This document shows, one piece after another, positions 8,633-16,989 of a stretch of 32,000 nt of DNA (positions are counted from its first letter, which is position 1; each line of letters starts with the position of its first letter). The stretch comes from Archaeoglobus fulgidus DSM 4304 (GTDB lineage Archaea; Halobacteriota; Archaeoglobi; Archaeoglobales; Archaeoglobaceae). The DNA lies in the NCBI RefSeq assembly GCF_000008665.1, contig NC_000917.1:1380001-1412000 (forward strand), read 5' to 3'. Both the position numbers and the translations under genes were made by a program. The notes beneath the pieces are model-generated. The model saw only the letters and a program-made list of their open reading frames with translations. It was not told the origin of the DNA and made no database searches.

Positions 8633-9780
8633 CCCGCAAGCTCAACAGCCTTTCTGGCTCCCTCTTCAATAGACTCCACGAAGTGGATTTCCGCCCCCTT
8701 CTCCGAACTGTACCTCTCAAGCATTTCCCTCCCGATTTCCTCATTTGTGCCCGCAAGCTTTACGACAAGCGGAACCTTTCTCGGAGCTTCGTCCAGTGCC
8801 AGAATGATTCCTTCAGCAACCTTTTCACACCTCGTTATCTCTGCGTAGATGTTTATGAAAACAACCCTCACATTCGGGTCCTTGAGAACGTGAAGGAGGC
8901 AATTTTTCATTTTAACCGGGTCAGCCAGGCCTCCTCCGGTATCAAGGAAGTTCGCCGGCTTTCCTCCCATCAGGTTGATTATGTCCATTGTGGCCATTGC
9001 AAGGCCCGCACCGTTTGCAATTACCCCCACATTCCCGCCAAGGTGGACGTAGTTGATTCCTTTCAGCCTCGCCTCCCTCTCAAGCGGGTCCTCCTCCGTT
9101 GCCTCCCTCAGTTCTGCAAGCTCCGGATGGCGGTAGAGGGCGTTGTCATCGGTGTTCAATCGGGCGTCGGCAGCCAAAAATCCCTCATCCGTCACCGCAA
9201 GGGGGTTTATCTCCGTCAGCTCAGCTTCGTAGGCAAATGCGATATCGACAAGTTTTTTGATTATGTCAAACATCTGCTTGAACTCCTCTCCTTCAAAGCC
9301 GGCTCTGAACAGAGCCTTGCGAACCTCGTAATCCTTCAGCCCCCAAAGGGGGTCGAAGTAAATCCTGTGTATTGCATCGGGGTGCTTCGCAGCTATTTCC
9401 TCCACATCCATACCTCCCATCCGACTGAAAATCACTGTGGGGAGCCTGCTCGACTTGTCAACGACGTAGCCCACGTAGTACTCCTTTCTCATATTGAGCT
9501 GCTCCTCCACAAGCACTTTCTCAACCCTGTGCCCTTTGATGGTCATGCCGAGAATCTTCTTTGCCACTTCCTTTGCCTCTTCCGGGCTGTTTGCCTTCTT
9601 AACACCCCCCGCCTTGCCCCTTCCACCAACCAAAATCTGGGCCTTAACCACAACCCTGCCTCCAAGTTTTTCCGCAATTTTCTCCGCCTCTTCAGGTGAT
9701 GTAGCAACCTCGCCCCGCGGAACCCTAATTCCGTGCTTTGCAAATATCTGCTTTGCCTGATGCTCGTGAAGGCGCATCAT
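8629..9780 (-). CDS. sucC: Succinyl-CoA synthetase beta subunit
   Basis: ATP-grasp N-terminus [22 protein letters not shown]...[19 protein letters not shown] and C-terminal ligase-CoA domain [11 protein letters not shown]. Confidence 0.93.
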   Translation of the reverse strand: MMRLHEHQAKQIFAKHGIRVPRGEVATSPEEAEKIAEKLGGRVVVKAQILVGGRGKAGGVKKANSPEEAKEVAKKILGMTIKGHRVEKVLVEEQLNMRKEYYVGYVVDKSSRLPTVIFSRMGGMDVEEIAAKHPDAIHRIYFDPLWGLKDYEVRKALFRAGFEGEEFKQMFDIIKKLVDIAFAYEAELTEINPLAVTDEGFLAADARLNTDDNALYRHPELAELREATEEDPLEREARLKGINYVHLGGNVGVIANGAGLAMATMDIINLMGGKPANFLDTGGGLADPVKMKNCLLHVLKDPNVRVVFINIYAEITRCEKVAEGIILALDEAPRKVPLVVKLAGTNEEIGREMLERYSSEKGAEIHFVESIEEGARKAVELAG

Positions 9781-9923
9781 ACCACCCCATTTTCAACGAA
9801 ACCAAAAGGACTTCCGCCATTCTGCCTGCACATCCAACCACCTTTTAAGTTCGATTTAACATTCTCAATTTTTCAATATAAAAAATTTTCGGAATTTCTT
9901 TTCCAAAAAATTTAAATAGTAAC

Positions 9924-11042
9924 TTATGTTCTCCCCAACATTAAGAGTGTTGCAAAAGCGGCAACCTCTACCACCAGAACGAATCCAACAAGCAAAGCTG
10001 CAGAGATATCGTAAAGATAGCCCAGCACTGCCCCTCCAGCAAGCATTGCCACTCCAAAGACGGTGTTGAAGACGCCGTAGGCTGTGCTCCTCTTTTTGAC
10101 ACCCGTTAAATCAGCCACAGCAGCCCTCGTTATCGCTTCATGCATTCCCATAACAGCTCCCCATGCAGCAACTCCCACCAGAACCCCAATAATCGAGGGA
10201 TGGAGGGCGAGAAGAATCAGAGGTGTAAGCAAAGGAACCAGCATCAGCGTTTTCAGGCCAATTCTGTCGTAGCATCTGCCTGAGATTAGGGCAGAGATGG
10301 CATCAATCCCCATGGCAAGGGCGTAGAGGAGAGGGATGAGTTTTAAATCAACATATCCTGCCAGATGGTAGGAAAGGAGAGGAAAGCTGAGAAATCCCGC
10401 TACACTCAGGAAAACGAATAGGGAGTAGAGCCAGAAGCTCCCCTCAACTCTGCTCTCCTGCTCTTCAATCTCAAATCTCTGTGGTGTGGGGTAAAGCTTC
10501 CATGTTGCGAAAAGGAACAGTATCACGAGCAATGCTGGTAAAAAAAGGGCAATGAAAGCCTCCTTAAAGGTGTAGCCAGCCAGAGCTGAGAAAACTATCA
10601 GCGGCCCAATCACCGCTCCAACCTGATCCATCGCCTCATGGATGCCAAATCCTGTCCCCCTTCCAACCTGCTTTGTGGCGAAGGAAAGCATCGCATCCCT
10701 CGCAGGCGTTCTTATTGCCTTTCCCAGCCTCTCTGCAACTATCAGCAATGCAGCAATCCACCAGTAGTTTGCAAAGGCCAGCAAAGGAATGGCGAGAATG
10801 AGAGAGTATCCAAGAAATGTCAGAAGCCAGTAATTCCCCGTCCTGTCTGCGATGTAGCCTGAAAGCAATCTCAACCCGTAGCCTGCAAATTCCCCAAAGC
10901 CTGTAATGAGGCCTATAGCTGCAGCAGTCAAGCCAAAGGTGGCGAGATAGGGCCCAACTATGCTCCTCGCCCCCTCGTAGGTTATATCTCCGAAAAGGCT
11001 AACCAACCCCATCAGGAGAATGAACTTCATCGCCCTGTTCAT
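9924..11042 (-). CDS. MFS-superfamily transporter
   Basis: 372 aa with about 11-12 TM helices. N-terminus is FILLMGLVSLFGDITYEGARSIVGPYL. Its start codon directly abuts the padR stop (TGA 11045-11043, ATG 11042-11040). Confidence 0.8.
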   Translation of the reverse strand: MNRAMKFILLMGLVSLFGDITYEGARSIVGPYLATFGLTAAAIGLITGFGEFAGYGLRLLSGYIADRTGNYWLLTFLGYSLILAIPLLAFANYWWIAALLIVAERLGKAIRTPARDAMLSFATKQVGRGTGFGIHEAMDQVGAVIGPLIVFSALAGYTFKEAFIALFLPALLVILFLFATWKLYPTPQRFEIEEQESRVEGSFWLYSLFVFLSVAGFLSFPLLSYHLAGYVDLKLIPLLYALAMGIDAISALISGRCYDRIGLKTLMLVPLLTPLILLALHPSIIGVLVGVAAWGAVMGMHEAITRAAVADLTGVKKRSTAYGVFNTVFGVAMLAGGAVLGYLYDISAALLVGFVLVVEVAAFATLLMLGRT

Positions 11043-11348
11043 TCACCTCTCCTCCATAATTTCTTCAAACAGCTCCTTAACCTTCTCTCTTGCATCATCA
11101 AGCAATTTCCACCCCTTTTCCGTTATTCTGTACATCTTTCTAACTCTACCATCAACCACAACCTTCCTCGACCTCAGCAACCCTTCCCTCTCCATCTCAT
11201 GGAGAATTGGATAAAGTGTGCCGGGGCTGATGGAGTATCCGTGCCTGCCAAGCTCTTCAATCATCCAGCTGCCGTAAATTTCCTCCTTTGAGGCATGGTA
11301 AAGAATGTGCACCCTCGCAAAGCCAAGAATGAGCTTCCTCGTTATCAT
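11043..11348 (-). CDS. PadR-family winged-helix transcriptional regulator
   Basis: YGSWMIEELGRHGYSISPGTLYPILHEMEREGLLRSRKVVVDGRVRKMYRITEKG is the PadR wHTH signature. The gene is co-oriented with, and abuts, the MFS gene. Confidence 0.88.
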   Translation of the reverse strand: MITRKLILGFARVHILYHASKEEIYGSWMIEELGRHGYSISPGTLYPILHEMEREGLLRSRKVVVDGRVRKMYRITEKGWKLLDDAREKVKELFEEIMEER

Positions 11349-11363
11349 ATCGATTTTCGATAT
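11347..11363. promoter_or_regulatory. Perfect palindrome ATATCGA-ttt-TCGATAT overlapping the padR start codon (candidate PadR operator)
   Basis: 7+3+7 inverted repeat read directly at 11347-11363. A TATA-like ttataaat (reverse strand, 11373-11380) lies about 29 nt upstream of the ATG, so the palindrome sits between the TATA and the start. An extra TCGAT half-site is at 11370-11374. Confidence 0.55.
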
Positions 11364-11483
11364 CGGTTCTCGATTTATAAGGATTCCGTTTAAATACCGG
11401 GCTAATTGAATCGGTATGGGTGATGGCGTCCACCTTCAACCGCCGCTAAGGCTGATGACGCCTGTTCTCAGAGAGGTGAGAGT

Positions 11484-12299
11484 GTGGACGCAATCGACCT
11501 TAAGAGGCTCTCAGACTTCGTGAGGCATAGGCAGAACGAGGATGGTGGCTTTGCCTTCTGCAAACCCCTCCCATCAACCCTTGCGGAGACCTTCTACGCT
11601 GTCAGCATACTCACATCCATCGGGGAGGATGTTCCAAGAAGAGAGAAAGTAGTAGAATTTCTGAAATCAAGGATTCAGACAGAGATTAACTCCCTTTTTT
11701 ACACGCTGCACTCGCTAAATCTACTTGGAGAGGACCTTCCAGACTACTCTAGCTTTCTCCTGAAAAGGCTTGAGGGCTTGAAAGCGGAGAGGAAGTACCT
11801 TCTATCCGATGGAGGAGTGACTGCAACCTACACCTTCCTGCAGCCGAATGCACTGAGGGATGCCTACATGATTTCAACCCTTCTCCACCTCTACAACAGG
11901 GATGTACCAGAGGAAACAAAGATGCTTGTCAGACGATACAGGCGGGAGACTGAGTTTGGTGTGGGATACGGCGTTAAAAAACCAAATCTGGAGGAAACTT
12001 TCTACGCCTCATACATTCTAAGAGATAAGGCAGTCATCAGCTTCGTAAAAAGCTTTGAATCCAACGGGGGGTTTGCCAAACAACCGGGAGGCTACCCACC
12101 CTACTTGGAGGACACTTACTACGCCACCTCAACACTCTCGCTCCTAAGTCAGCGATATTCAAATCCCAGAACTGCTGAATTCATTGCCTCACTGCAAAAC
12201 GCCAATGGAGGGTTCCGGAGGAGCATTCATGGTGGAATCTCCACACTTGAAGACAGCTATTATGCTGTAGAGGTGCTGAGGAGGCTTGAGTTCAGGTGA
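11484..12299 (+). CDS. Prenyltransferase/terpene-cyclase-like alpha/alpha-toroid repeat protein
   Basis: GTG start preceded by gagaggtgag. Six repeats of the type QNEDGGFAF..LAETFYAVSIL, SNGGFAKQPGG..LEDTYYATSTL and NANGGFRRSIHG..LEDSYYAVEVL. Confidence 0.7.
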   Translation: MDAIDLKRLSDFVRHRQNEDGGFAFCKPLPSTLAETFYAVSILTSIGEDVPRREKVVEFLKSRIQTEINSLFYTLHSLNLLGEDLPDYSSFLLKRLEGLKAERKYLLSDGGVTATYTFLQPNALRDAYMISTLLHLYNRDVPEETKMLVRRYRRETEFGVGYGVKKPNLEETFYASYILRDKAVISFVKSFESNGGFAKQPGGYPPYLEDTYYATSTLSLLSQRYSNPRTAEFIASLQNANGGFRRSIHGGISTLEDSYYAVEVLRRLEFR

Positions 12300-12326
12300 T
12301 GCGTTACACTACTTGGAATTTGCACG

Positions 12327-12340
12327 AAAAAATTAATATT
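12327..12340 (+). promoter_or_regulatory. TATA box for the wHTH gene (leaderless)
   Basis: aaaaaattaatatt is centred about 27 nt upstream of ATG 12362. Confidence 0.5.
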
Positions 12341-12361
12341 TCTTCAGAAAATAGTATTATC

Positions 12362-12691
12362 ATGGCCAGTGACCTGCAGAAGAGGAAGAAGGAGTGGCTT
12401 GAAAAGCTCAAGAGGGATGGAAAGCTTCGAGACCCCACAGAAGACCACAGAATCGGACTCAGAGCTTTGCAGCACAGAGTGCGAAGGGAGATAATCAAGT
12501 TCATCGGTTACGGGAAAAGGAGCTTTGAGGAAATCGCAGAGAAGTTCAACTTATCCGAGGCGCAGGCCAGAATGCACTTGGACCTGCTTGAAGAAGCCCT
12601 GTTCGTCGAGTCGAGGGTGGAGAACGGGAAAAAGTACTATTACCTTACTCCACGCGGAGAGGCTTACCTCGAAAACGTAGAGTGGAGGTAA
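12362..12691 (+). CDS. ArsR-like winged-helix transcriptional regulator
   Basis: LRALQHRVRREIIKFIGYGKRSFEEIAEKFNLSEAQARMHLDLLEEALFVESRVENGKKYYYLTPRG. I prefer ATG 12362, because of the TATA spacing, over the GTG 12296 start in the ORF track. Confidence 0.75.
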   Translation: MASDLQKRKKEWLEKLKRDGKLRDPTEDHRIGLRALQHRVRREIIKFIGYGKRSFEEIAEKFNLSEAQARMHLDLLEEALFVESRVENGKKYYYLTPRGEAYLENVEWR

Positions 12692-12784
12692 TCCCTCGTT
12701 ATAGTTTCATCCTAAACCTTTACTCGGCTTAGCTCTATTCTAAAAGATACAAAAGCTTTTATCCCAAAGAAGCAGAAAAAAGAT

Positions 12785-13492
12785 GTGTTTGGGTATCACG
12801 ATGTTGAGGACTTTCAGGCGGAGATAGGCGAATACAAAATAAAAACGGAAAGAATTGGCCCTTTTTACAGCTATGTTAGGGAAAATGGTGAAAGGAAAGA
12901 AAAGAATCTATCGGTTGAGACTGGAAGAATAATCGTCAATCCCGTCGAGCCCGTTAACCTGCCGAAGGAAATTACCAACTTTCTCCAAATCAAGTTCAGC
13001 AAACCCTTTCTCGCAGAGCCTAAATCCGCTGTGGAGGTTTACGCCACCTTTCCGGTTGAAATTGCGGTCTTCATTGCAGCAAAGAAGAATGTAGGGCTTG
13101 TTGACGTCTTCTCGCTTCAGAAGCCGAAATACACCCTCTACGGAAATCCAAGGGCTGGAATCATTTGCAGGTACTGGGAGAGTGAGCTTTACTCCGAAAT
13201 CCCGCAGGTTGACAAATACAGAGAGGGAGTTATAAAGCTCAGAATCGTCAACAGCGACGATGAGTGGGTTGAGGTCAGCAATGCAGTCTTCGACGTTTAC
13301 GGGATGAAGATATACTACAACGAAGAGATGGTTTGCTCCTCAGCCTCCGTCAACATAGTCTCACCCAAGGTTGCTGAAACGAGGTTCATCGAGCAGCCCC
13401 TGAGGGAGAAAATGAAGAAGGCTCTTGAGCTTTACACTGCCAGAAGAATCGCTGTAACTTCTTTAAAATTCGTTATGGAGTGGGGATTATGA
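12785..13492 (+). CDS. Conserved archaeal hypothetical protein (I recall it as DUF432-like; unverified)
   Basis: 235-aa soluble ORF with a GTG start about 26 nt downstream of gcttttatc. Its 3' end overlaps the MscS gene by 13 nt, which suggests co-translation. Confidence 0.6.
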   Translation: MFGYHDVEDFQAEIGEYKIKTERIGPFYSYVRENGERKEKNLSVETGRIIVNPVEPVNLPKEITNFLQIKFSKPFLAEPKSAVEVYATFPVEIAVFIAAKKNVGLVDVFSLQKPKYTLYGNPRAGIICRYWESELYSEIPQVDKYREGVIKLRIVNSDDEWVEVSNAVFDVYGMKIYYNEEMVCSSASVNIVSPKVAETRFIEQPLREKMKKALELYTARRIAVTSLKFVMEWGL

Positions 13493-14331
13493 TTGACGTG
13501 CTGAATTACAAGCTGTATGGAGACGTCACGGTTTACGACATTATCGTCGTTATTGTCGTCATGGCCCTTGCCACAATAATTGCAAAGCTCATAACAACCA
13601 ACCTAAGGAGGGCTCTGATTGACAAAATGAAGAGGGACCAGCTTGAGCTGATGCTCAAGGTTATCTACTTCGGAATAATCATCGTTGCCTTCATCGCAGT
13701 TTTGCCGGCTCTGGGCCTTGACCTTTCAGGTTTACTGGTTGCCGGTGGAATTACCGGAATTGTTCTAGGTTTTGCCAGCCAGAGCGTCGTTGCAAACCTC
13801 GTTTCGGGAATCTTCCTGATCTCGGAGAAACCGATAAAAATTGGAGATCAGGTTAACATTGACGGTGTGGCGGGCTTCGTCGAGGATGTTAACATCCTAT
13901 CAACCATTATAAGAACCTACGATGGTTTGTACGTCAGAATCCCAAACGAGAAGGTCTTCACGTCCAACATAACCAACTACGTCGCCCACATCGCAAGGAG
14001 GTTTGAGTACGTTGTGGGCATTAGGTACAGCGATGATGCTGAGAAAGCCATCGAGATAATAAAAAGAATTATTGAGGAGCACCCCTTCGCCCTGAAAAAT
14101 CCCGAGCCCGTGGTTTTCGTTGACAATCTTGGGGATAGCAGTGTGAACATCGTCGTGAGAATCTGGGCTCCCTCGACGGAGTGGTACAACGTGAAGATGG
14201 AGCTTCTCTGGAAGATAAAGACTGAGCTTGAGAAGAACGGAATCGAGATACCTTTCCCGCAGCGTGTGGTGTGGTTTGCCAACGAGTTGAGAGCCAATGT
14301 TGAGGGTAAGGAAGAGAGACGGCAGGCTTGA
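13480..14331 (+). CDS. mscS: Small-conductance mechanosensitive channel (MscS family)
   Basis: Pore helix and beta domain: LLVAGGITGIVLGFASQSVVANLVSGIFLISEKPIKIGDQVNIDGVAGFVEDVNILSTIIRTYDG. Confidence 0.9.
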   Translation: MGIMIDVLNYKLYGDVTVYDIIVVIVVMALATIIAKLITTNLRRALIDKMKRDQLELMLKVIYFGIIIVAFIAVLPALGLDLSGLLVAGGITGIVLGFASQSVVANLVSGIFLISEKPIKIGDQVNIDGVAGFVEDVNILSTIIRTYDGLYVRIPNEKVFTSNITNYVAHIARRFEYVVGIRYSDDAEKAIEIIKRIIEEHPFALKNPEPVVFVDNLGDSSVNIVVRIWAPSTEWYNVKMELLWKIKTELEKNGIEIPFPQRVVWFANELRANVEGKEERRQA

Positions 14332-15093
14332 GGAGTTCAGCAGGGCGAAGATAGTCAGAACGTGCTTGAGGGCGGGAGCGAGCAAAAAAATCGCTGAAAA
14401 GGTTGCAGAGGAGTTGAAAAGAGGATATACGATGGGATAACTACTGACGAAGTTCTTGAGCTCGTCATCGAGCTTCTTTTCAAGCACAAGTATTCCAAGG
14501 CACAGAGGTACGACCTAAAGCGCTCCCTCATCCGCCTCGGTCCATCTGGCTTCGGCTTTGAGAAGTTCGTGGCGAGGTTGCTGGAAGAGCATGGCTTTGA
14601 GACGAAAACAAACGTCATAGTTCAGGGCAACTGCGTTGAGCAGGAGATTGACGTTGTTGCTGAGAGAGATGGAGAGAGGTATATGATTGAGTGCAAGTTC
14701 CACAACATTCCCGTTTACACTGGCTTAAAGGAGGCCATGTACACCTACGCCCGATTTCTTGATGTCGAGAAGCATGGCTTCACCCAGCCATGGATTTTCA
14801 CCAACACAAAGTTCTCGGAGGAGGCAAAGAAGTATGCAGGCTGCGTGGGGATAAAGCTGACTGGCTGGAGCTATCCTGAGAAGGAGGGAATTGAGGTTCT
14901 GCTGGAGTCCAAGGGGCTGTATCCCATTACAATTCTGAGAATCGACAAGGAGGTTTTAGATGAGCTTGTAAGGGCGGGACTGGTTTTCTGCAGGGATGTT
15001 GTCAGTGCGGGAGAGGAGAAGCTGAGGGAGATTGGGTTGAGCGCTAAAAAAGCAAGAGAAGTGATTGCAGAGGCTAAAAAGGTTATAGGTTAA
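14297..15093 (+). pseudogene. ATP-cone + PD-(D/E)xK (Mrr-like) nuclease-fold + C-terminal HhH protein, interrupted by a 1-nt frameshift
   Basis: Frame A, 14297..14440: MLRVRKRDGRLEEFSRAKIVRTCLRAGASKKIAEKVAEELKRGYTMG*, the first half of an ATP-cone. The frame of ORF 14569..15093 is open back to 14398 and reads ..KRIYDGITTDEVLELVIELLFKHKYSKAQRYDLKRSLIRLGPSGFGFEKFVARLLEEHGF.., which is the second half of the ATP-cone followed by the nuclease core EIDVVAERDGERYMIECKF. The two frames join at the aaaa run at 14417-14420. Confidence 0.8.
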
Positions 15094-15377
15094 TCCTGCT
15101 CCGTCTTAACGGACTCAACTATAATCTTACCAGCAACAACCTCATCCACGCTGTGAATAACACCACCAAGGTCCTCAATCACACCCTTAATCTGCTCGTA
15201 GTCGAGGTTGTTGCCGAGAATAGTGATTTTTATGTTCTCCGTGGCCTGATCAATTTCTGAAAGGTGGATGTTCACACCATCGACATTCTCAAGCTCGCTT
15301 AGCTTTAAAGCAAAAACTATGGTTTTCGGCTCGTGGGGCTTTAACACGTCGAGCACGAGTCTTCTCAAGCCCTTCAC
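15090..15377 (-). CDS. DUF211/COG1888 family protein
   Basis: GTG start. RRLVLDVLKPHEP...VDGVNIHLSEIDQATENIKITILGNNLDYEQIKGVIEDLGGVIHSVDEVVAGK is the family signature. Confidence 0.85.
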   Translation of the reverse strand: MKGLRRLVLDVLKPHEPKTIVFALKLSELENVDGVNIHLSEIDQATENIKITILGNNLDYEQIKGVIEDLGGVIHSVDEVVAGKIIVESVKTEQD

Positions 15378-15380
15378 AGT

Positions 15381-15407
15381 AAAAGCTTAATAGCTCCTTA
15401 TTTAACA
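15381..15407. promoter_or_regulatory. Back-to-back TATA boxes in a 37-bp divergent intergenic region
   Basis: gcttaata is centred about 26 nt upstream of ATG 15415. ccttatttaaca is centred about 25 nt upstream of the reverse-strand GTG at 15377. Both genes are therefore probably leaderless. Confidence 0.5.
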
Positions 15408-15414
15408 TTTTTGC

Positions 15415-16056
15415 ATGTTCGATTTGCACGTCCACTCCGTTTTCAGCGACGGAGAACTGATCCCCTCAGAAATTGCAAGGAGGATGTACGCTGCGGGCAA
15501 CAAAGGCTTTGCCATTACCGACCACGCGGACTTCACCAACATTCAGGATATTCTGGCAAAGCTGACCAGAATAAAGGAGCACATGGAAAGCTACGAGGCC
15601 AAGTTTCTTGTTGGCGTTGAAATCACTCACGTTCCTCCCAGTCTCATCGGCAAAGCCGTGGAGCTTGCTTGGAAGGAAGGAGCGGAAATTGTTGTCGTTC
15701 ATGGCGAAACCGTAGCCGAGCCGGTAAAGGAGGGCACCAATCTCGCTGCACTGAGTGAGGAAATAACAATCTTGGCCCATCCGGGCATAATGAGCGAAGA
15801 GGAGGCTGAGCTGGCCAGAGAAAACGGAATTTACGTTGAGATTTCAGCCAGAAGGGGGCACTGCCTCGGCAACGGGAGAGTTGCGAGGCTTGCAGAGAAG
15901 TACGGCTTTGAGCTTGTCATAAACACGGACATGCACTCCCCCTCGGACATAATCAATGACTCCACCGCTGAGAGGATTTTAAAGGGTGCCGGAGTAAAGG
16001 AGTGGAAGTCGGTGCTGGAAAATAACGAGAAGCTGTTCAGAAAGCTCAGAAAATAG
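15415..16056 (+). CDS. PHP-domain metal-dependent phosphoesterase
   Basis: MFDLHVHSVFSDGELIP...FAITDHADF...VVHGE...NTDMHSP carries the His/Asp PHP motifs. Confidence 0.8.
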   Translation: MFDLHVHSVFSDGELIPSEIARRMYAAGNKGFAITDHADFTNIQDILAKLTRIKEHMESYEAKFLVGVEITHVPPSLIGKAVELAWKEGAEIVVVHGETVAEPVKEGTNLAALSEEITILAHPGIMSEEEAELARENGIYVEISARRGHCLGNGRVARLAEKYGFELVINTDMHSPSDIINDSTAERILKGAGVKEWKSVLENNEKLFRKLRK

Positions 16057-16924
16057 CCTTCTTTTCGGCTTTATTTCTTATCATATCGTAGGTCATGAAA
16101 TCGACGATTTTTCTAAGCTTCTCCTTCTCCGGACTTTCATCAAAATATTCCAGAGAGCTTAAGCTCCTCTCAACGAAGGTACTTATCTTCTCCATGACCT
16201 TGTTAACACCCTCCTCCTTCCCGTACTTTTCCTCGTAAATCTGCGGAAGCGTTCTCGATTCAAACACCGAGTGCTTGTCATCCAGAAGTCTGAGATACTC
16301 GAGCAGGTCATCCACGATTTGGTAAGCAATTCCGAGATTCAGGCCGTAGTCGAAGAGTTTATCCGCGGCAATGCGGTCTTCGCAAACGATTTTACAAGCG
16401 CTCTTTGCGGAGTAGGCAAACAAAGCAGCGGTCTTCTTTTCTATGCACTCAAAGTAGTCCTTTTCGGTAAAATTTTCCTTGATGCTGTAGATGTCAAGAA
16501 CCTCGCCCTCAGACATCATCATTCCAACGTTCGAGAAGTCCCTGATAATCTCCTCCCCGTATTTTGAAGTCAGCTCCACCGACTTGGAAATCAGCCAGTC
16601 CCCGAGGACTATTGCCAGAGAGATGTCGTACTTTTTGTGCAAGGCTTCCCTCTTTCTTCGCTTTTCAGCCTTATCGATAACATCGTCATGAACCAAGCTT
16701 GCGGTGTGAATTAGCTCAACTGAGAGCGCAAGGTTCATTACATCAGCATAATCGCCGCCACACAGCTTGGCGGAGAGAAGGACTATAACAGGCCTGCTTC
16801 TTTTCCCGCCTGCGGTTATAGCGTAGGCAAGACCCTTCTTTATTTTTGGAGTAGCCTCTACCGATTCCACAAACTTCTTCAAGCTGTCCTCAAAAATCCT
16901 GTATTCTTCCCAGGTATCAATCAC
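16046..16924 (-). CDS. Trans-polyprenyl diphosphate synthase, long-chain (IspB-like) type
   Basis: FARM LIHTASLVHDDVID (16673-16687) has small residues at positions -4/-5, as in long-chain enzymes. SARM GIAYQIVDDLLEY (16298-16312). The 3' end overlaps the PHP gene by 11 nt. Confidence 0.85.
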   Translation of the reverse strand: MIDTWEEYRIFEDSLKKFVESVEATPKIKKGLAYAITAGGKRSRPVIVLLSAKLCGGDYADVMNLALSVELIHTASLVHDDVIDKAEKRRKREALHKKYDISLAIVLGDWLISKSVELTSKYGEEIIRDFSNVGMMMSEGEVLDIYSIKENFTEKDYFECIEKKTAALFAYSAKSACKIVCEDRIAADKLFDYGLNLGIAYQIVDDLLEYLRLLDDKHSVFESRTLPQIYEEKYGKEEGVNKVMEKISTFVERSLSSLEYFDESPEKEKLRKIVDFMTYDMIRNKAEKKAIF

Positions 16925-16989
16925 TCAGGTTCTTTCATGGTGTTGAACTTATAACATTTTCGAGATTTTTTATCACTCTCAAAATCCAC

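Noticed and set aside
7952-9699. Long + strand ORFs (298 aa and 338 aa) opposite sucD and sucC
   Set aside because: They are antisense shadows of highly conserved genes. Their composition is not protein-like (Cys/His/Asn/Ser-rich) and they carry no recognisable motifs.
15090-15093. A shared palindromic ttaa forming the stop codons of two convergent genes
   Set aside because: This is a trivial consequence of TAA being nearly self-complementary, and is common in compact genomes.
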